Shown here in pieces: positions 60,438 to 64,000 of a DNA stretch of 64,000 nt; within the stretch, counting starts at the first letter, position 1; each line of letters begins with the position of its first letter. The notes below the pieces were generated by a model that saw only the letters and a program-made list of their open reading frames with translations, made no database searches and was not told the DNA's origin. The DNA comes from a virus. The position numbers and the translations under genes are program-made. The stretch lies in IMG/VR virus record IMGVR_UViG_3300050120_000135; one strand, 5' to 3'.

Positions 60438-60981
60438 GATTTTCCCCCTCGCGTTTCCACATGCGAGCGCCGTAGACCGCGATCAGATAAGCCTCGGCGC
60501 GGTGCTGATGATATTTGAACTTCAGATATTGCGCTGTCGCGGGATAGCGCTGCAGCACCAGCTGCCGCGCGGTGTCGTCCGTGCCGCCCTTACTGTTCTT
60601 GCCGCGCAGATTGAACGCTGCTTTCCAGGTTGCCGGATTGACTTGCCGCAACGGTATATCGAGGACCGACACCAGACAACGCAGCGCATAGTACGACCCC
60701 ATGAAGCGCGCCATCGATGTAGCACCCCATACGTCGGCCTCCATTTCCCCGGTCTCCTCGTTTTTCTTCTTCGGAACAAACGCGACCTGCTGCTCGATAA
60801 AGGCGACCGTCGGCTTCAGCGACCAGATGCTGTCGCGCAGCGCCCGGTAGTCGAGCTCTTTTTTGTTGCCCTCGCCAAGCGTCGGTAGCTCAAACATCCA
60901 GTCGACGTTCGGCACCGGCTCGTCGGGGCAATAGAGCGCGCACGCTCCGGAGATACCCGGATCGATTCCTAGAATGCGCAT
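60421..60981 (-). CDS. RuvC-like Holliday junction resolvase
   Basis: 186 aa. N-terminus MRILGIDPGISGACAL. Confidence 0.85.
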   Translation of the reverse strand: MRILGIDPGISGACALYCPDEPVPNVDWMFELPTLGEGNKKELDYRALRDSIWSLKPTVAFIEQQVAFVPKKKNEETGEMEADVWGATSMARFMGSYYALRCLVSVLDIPLRQVNPATWKAAFNLRGKNSKGGTDDTARQLVLQRYPATAQYLKFKYHQHRAEAYLIAVYGARMWKREGENLDIPD

Positions 60982-60992
60982 CTGCGCCGCTT

Positions 60993-61565
60993 TCAGTGAG
61001 GCTTGGGTTTGTGTTCCGGACCGCGGCCGACGTTGTCGATCGGCTGCGTTTGCGCGCCGGCCCTCGCAGCGAGATCAGCAACCGGGTTAGGCCGCTGCGC
61101 TCCAGGTTCAGCACTGGCCGCGCTGGCGCCAGGCTGGCGAAGATGGTCCGGCCGCATATCGGGCTCGCCGTCCTCGTCGGTACCGCGGGGCGGCTTACCG
61201 TCGTCGCCAATTGTGCCAGCCTTCAGAAACCGCCCCTGCAGGTTGGCATGCTCGTCGAGCTTAAAATGCTCGCGCAGCTTGTCGAAGTTTGCCAACCACG
61301 CGGCGAGCTTCTCCGAAGCGATAGAGGGATTTTTTGCGTTCTTGAATGCGTCGACCAAGCCCTTAACCACCTTGAACGCCGAGATGTTCAGGTGCTTCGA
61401 CTTGGCGTTCTTCGCCGAGTCCTGCAGGTCCTTGTTGGCCTCGTCGACGGTGGCTTTCACGTCGTCGAATGTCGAATTGAAGTTCTTGATCGTCTGCGTG
61501 TCCGGCGTGCGTATCTCTTTGCCGCTCGGCTGCTTGTCGGATTCGATTGTCGTGCGTTTTGCCAT
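60993..61565 (-). CDS. hypothetical protein (190 aa), first gene of the minus-strand replication operon
   Basis: GGGGAG RBS before MAKRTTIESDK. Confidence 0.55.
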   Translation of the reverse strand: MAKRTTIESDKQPSGKEIRTPDTQTIKNFNSTFDDVKATVDEANKDLQDSAKNAKSKHLNISAFKVVKGLVDAFKNAKNPSIASEKLAAWLANFDKLREHFKLDEHANLQGRFLKAGTIGDDGKPPRGTDEDGEPDMRPDHLRQPGASAASAEPGAQRPNPVADLAARAGAQTQPIDNVGRGPEHKPKPH

Positions 61566-61578
61566 GGGGCTCCCCGTT

Positions 61579-61618
61579 GACGGCACCCGGGTACGTGTCG
61601 CGCTTCCCGGGTGCCGTC
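61579..61618. promoter_or_regulatory. perfect 13-bp inverted repeat in the 5' leader of gene 60993..61565
   Basis: GACGGCACCCGGG-N14-CCCGGGTGCCGTC. The left arm plus loop contains a CGGGTAC copy (61588-61594). Confidence 0.6.
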
Positions 61619-61795
61619 TATGCGATTCGCCGGCGGTTGGGCCAACCAGCGTCCGCAAACTGAAATTTTGAGAGGAGCCCAACCTTCTCGACGTCGACCA
61701 AGAATCGGGCGACCACCAACTGATAGGCTGCGACCACGAATTCTGTCAACCGTCATCATTGGATGGTCGATCGAGAGAAGGTGGTGCTGGAGGGA

Positions 61796-61995
61796 CGGGT
61801 ACAAGATTGAGCTAGAGGGGGCGAAGCCCCCGCTCTATCCACCTGTTATGTCGCCGCGCGCGAGGCCCACGTACCCGTTTTGCAGAATCGTCGTCAAGGG
61901 ACGCTGACCGGGTACGCCGACGGGTACGCGGCCTGGTACGGGTACTTGATGCGGAAAAAAAGCGGTGGAGTTCAATGGCTTGCGATTTGTACCCG
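61796..61995. repeat. second cluster of CGGGTAC/GTACCCG repeats in a divergent intergenic region
   Basis: Direct copies at 61796, 61909, 61921 and 61939, plus the variant CTGGTAC at 61933. Inverted copies at 61871 and 61989. An A/T-rich tract spans 61950-62025. Confidence 0.75.
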
Positions 61996-62060
61996 CCGCG
62001 TTCTGATTTATTTTTTCCAAGCCTGTGGACGGCGGGGGAAAACTTCGTAGTGGACAAGCG

Positions 62061-62079
62061 CTATACTGTTGGTTTAGTG
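62061..62079 (+). promoter_or_regulatory. conserved promoter-like motif, copy 3 (degenerate)
   Basis: CTATACTGTTGGTTTAGTG versus copy 1 CTATACCGTGAGTTTAGTG (16/19 identical). About 40-55 nt before the candidate starts. Confidence 0.45.
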
Positions 62080-62117
62080 AATGCAGGCCGGCGAATCGTC
62101 CGGTCATGGAGGAAGCC

Positions 62118-63476
62118 ATGAACGCCCACGTCCCGGCCCCGCTGCGAAGCCTGCCCGACATTGTCGCCGAGTACGACGAGAAGCGCGCGAACCTGACGGC
62201 CGCGCTGGCGGCCTTCGAACGATCGGCCGACGCCCTGAAAATGGCCGCCACGGTGGCCGGCACTCACGGCCAAGAGAACATCGACGTTCGCGGGCCCTAC
62301 TTCTCGAACCTCGAATCTCACCTGTTGAAGTCGGCATGGCTGCACGTCTACGACGGCCTGAACATGAAGACACTGTCGAGCCCGACCGACAAGCGGCTGT
62401 GGGAGCAGGCGATGGCGAAGCCGCCGGCGTTCACGCTCGACAACATCCGGGCGACGTTCGGTAAGTACATTTTGGATCCCCGCGGCAACATCCTGCGCGG
62501 GCTGGCCGAAGTGTTCTGCGGTCTCGACCAAGCCTACAAGAGCCACGACAAGGTCAAGATCGGCGTCGCCGGCCTGCCGAAGCGTGTCGTCATGCGGGGC
62601 TTCGGTGACTTCAGCTACCACGGCCGCGACCAGGTCCAAACCATCCTGAATTCGCTCGCCGCCTACCAGGGCCGGCCGCTGGTCACCTATCCCGAGCTCG
62701 ACGCCCTGATGGCTGACGAGAACGCGCTGCTCGAAACCAAGGTGATCGAGAAGCCGCAAAAGTACGGCAAGCCCGACCTGATCCCGGTCATAGCGCGCGG
62801 CGTGCGGCTTCGTCGTTTCCAGAATGGGAACGGTCACCTGTTTTTCGAGCCCGACACACTGAAGGACATCAACAAGGCGCTGGCCGAGTTCTACGGCGAA
62901 GTGCTGCCGGACACGACCGACGAGAAGCCTACGAAGAAGCAGGCATCGACCGCGGTGTCGAAGGACCTGCAGTTCTACGGCACACCGGCCAAACTGGCCG
63001 CCGATGTCGTCGGCGAGCTCTACCAGATCAAGGGCGCCCAGGTGCTGGAGCCGTCGTGCGGCGACGGCGCGCTCATGGATGCGCTGCGTAAGGCCGGCGC
63101 CAAGGTGCAGGGCATCGAGGTTGACCCCGGCCGCGCCGCGCACGCCTATGCCAAGGGCCACGCGGTGTTGCGCGCTAACTTCCTCGACACGGCGCCGACG
63201 CCGGACTTCGACCACGTGGTGATGAACCCGCCGTTCTACGGCAGGCACTATGCCAAGCACGTTCGCCACGCCTTCAAGTTCCTGAAGCCCGGCGGCACGC
63301 TGACCGCCATCCTGCCGGCAACGGCGCGGTACGATCACGGCGAGCTCGACGACATACTGCCGACGAAAACAGGCTGGAGCAATTCGCCGTGGCGCGACCT
63401 GCCGGTCGGCTCGTTCAGCGAGAGCGGCACGAACATCAACACCAGCGTTTTGATAATCGTCAGGGGGGACAAATGA
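62118..63476 (+). CDS. DUF4942-like N-terminal domain fused to gamma-class N6-adenine DNA methyltransferase
   Basis: GGAGGA RBS before MNAHV (an alternative ATG is at 62106). Motif I is VLEPSCGDGALM and motif IV is VVMNPPFYG. Confidence 0.8.
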   Translation: MNAHVPAPLRSLPDIVAEYDEKRANLTAALAAFERSADALKMAATVAGTHGQENIDVRGPYFSNLESHLLKSAWLHVYDGLNMKTLSSPTDKRLWEQAMAKPPAFTLDNIRATFGKYILDPRGNILRGLAEVFCGLDQAYKSHDKVKIGVAGLPKRVVMRGFGDFSYHGRDQVQTILNSLAAYQGRPLVTYPELDALMADENALLETKVIEKPQKYGKPDLIPVIARGVRLRRFQNGNGHLFFEPDTLKDINKALAEFYGEVLPDTTDEKPTKKQASTAVSKDLQFYGTPAKLAADVVGELYQIKGAQVLEPSCGDGALMDALRKAGAKVQGIEVDPGRAAHAYAKGHAVLRANFLDTAPTPDFDHVVMNPPFYGRHYAKHVRHAFKFLKPGGTLTAILPATARYDHGELDDILPTKTGWSNSPWRDLPVGSFSESGTNINTSVLIIVRGDK

Positions 63477-63709
63477 TCTCGAACAAACAGGCGCGGGTGA
63501 CCAGGGCGGAAACCTGCGAGATAGAATTGAATGCTGTAGACGTCATCGAGCTGGTCCGCAAGGCAGGCCACACCGTGCCCGCGTCGGCAGCCGTGCGCAT
63601 TTACTTTGCAGTGCCCGGCGGTGGCGACTGGTCGAACACTGATATCGACATCGACGACAGGAATCCGGTTCGCATTGAATGGAAAACAACGGAGGAGCGC
63701 AATGCCTGA
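63473..63709 (+). CDS. hypothetical protein (78 aa)
   Basis: ATGA-coupled internal ATG of ORF 63389..63709. Confidence 0.5.
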   Translation: MISNKQARVTRAETCEIELNAVDVIELVRKAGHTVPASAAVRIYFAVPGGGDWSNTDIDIDDRNPVRIEWKTTEERNA

Positions 63710-63911
63710 CAAAAAGCCCGGCGACCGCGGCGTGGCCGACTCGATCGCGAACCTTCGGCACATGCGCTACATGACGAAGGGCCCGGGGCAGTTCGAGCGC
63801 AAGCGCGCCAAGCCATTGCCGGCGCCGTCGATCGCCAAGCTGCGCAACGACGTCGCTAAGGTCGCGAAGAAGGCGGTGAAGAAGAAGCCGAAAAAGAGGA
63901 GCCGCCGATGA
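63702..63911 (+). CDS. hypothetical basic protein (69 aa)
   Basis: Internal ATG MPDKKPGDRG... with a Lys-rich C-terminus. Confidence 0.5.
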   Translation: MPDKKPGDRGVADSIANLRHMRYMTKGPGQFERKRAKPLPAPSIAKLRNDVAKVAKKAVKKKPKKRSRR

Positions 63912-64000
63912 CGATCGACGAGCGCAGTTTGCTCCTGCTGCTCGCCCGCATGGTGCTGACCGGCGTCAGCAACGGGCCCGACGAGCGCGAACTGCGCATC
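63908..64000 (+). CDS. hypothetical protein, 5' fragment (continues right of window)
   Basis: ATGA-coupled ATG. MTIDERSLLLLLARMVLTG... remains open to the window edge. Confidence 0.4.
   Translation, partial: MTIDERSLLLLLARMVLTGVSNGPDERELRI

Noticed and set aside
62061-63338. 425 aa minus-strand ORF opposite the DUF4942-like methyltransferase
   Set aside because: It is a shadow ORF. The plus frame contains methyltransferase motifs I and IV and has a good RBS.
1-64000. Search by eye for a CRISPR array, tRNA/tmRNA genes, integrase, attL/attR or transposase
   Set aside because: I found no regularly spaced repeat-spacer structure, no cloverleaf-like sequence in the intergenic regions, and no tyrosine/serine recombinase or DDE motifs. 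The prophage versus free-phage status cannot be decided from this window.

Overview
The whole 64 kb window is high-G+C tailed-phage or prophage DNA. I saw no tRNA, rRNA, CRISPR array, integrase or att site. The layout is as follows. (i) 1-9167 (+) holds early/DNA-metabolism genes: an SF1 helicase, a Gp37/Gp68-like protein, a DEDD exonuclease, a ParB-like protein and an HNH endonuclease. It ends in a lower-GC cargo pair, a Tat-signal SDR and a secreted protein, followed by hairpin terminators. (ii) 9567-47493 (-) is one long late block: lysis cassette with GH19 endolysin, tail fibres, Mu/P2-order baseplate, SLT-containing tape-measure-like protein, tail chaperone with a -1 overlapping ORF, tube, sheath, neck, major capsid protein, protease/scaffold, MuF, portal, TerL and TerS. 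(iii) 48285-50628 (+) holds small early genes. (iv) 50774-61565 is mostly (-) and carries replication/recombination genes: ParB-methyltransferase, SSB, Toprim primase-helicase, an NPPW methyltransferase and RuvC. (v) 62118-64000 (+) carries a DUF4942-like methyltransferase and small ORFs. The most unusual content is enzymatic cargo fused to virion-assembly proteins. The portal carries a roughly 900 aa C-terminal extension with a kinase-like domain and an R-S-E ADP-ribosyltransferase toxin domain. The prohead protease/scaffold carries an N-terminal Nudix hydrolase. A GNAT and envelope-targeted small proteins are inserted between the head genes. Other notable items are Sec-type signal peptides on tail-fibre-like proteins, a shared about 60 aa 'TGSIAG' module in sheath, baseplate J and a head protein, and five HNH-type nuclease genes or remnants. 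There are also three to four DNA methyltransferases, a conserved promoter-like 17-19-mer, and CGGGTAC repeat arrays. All family names come from motif recognition by eye; no database search was run.
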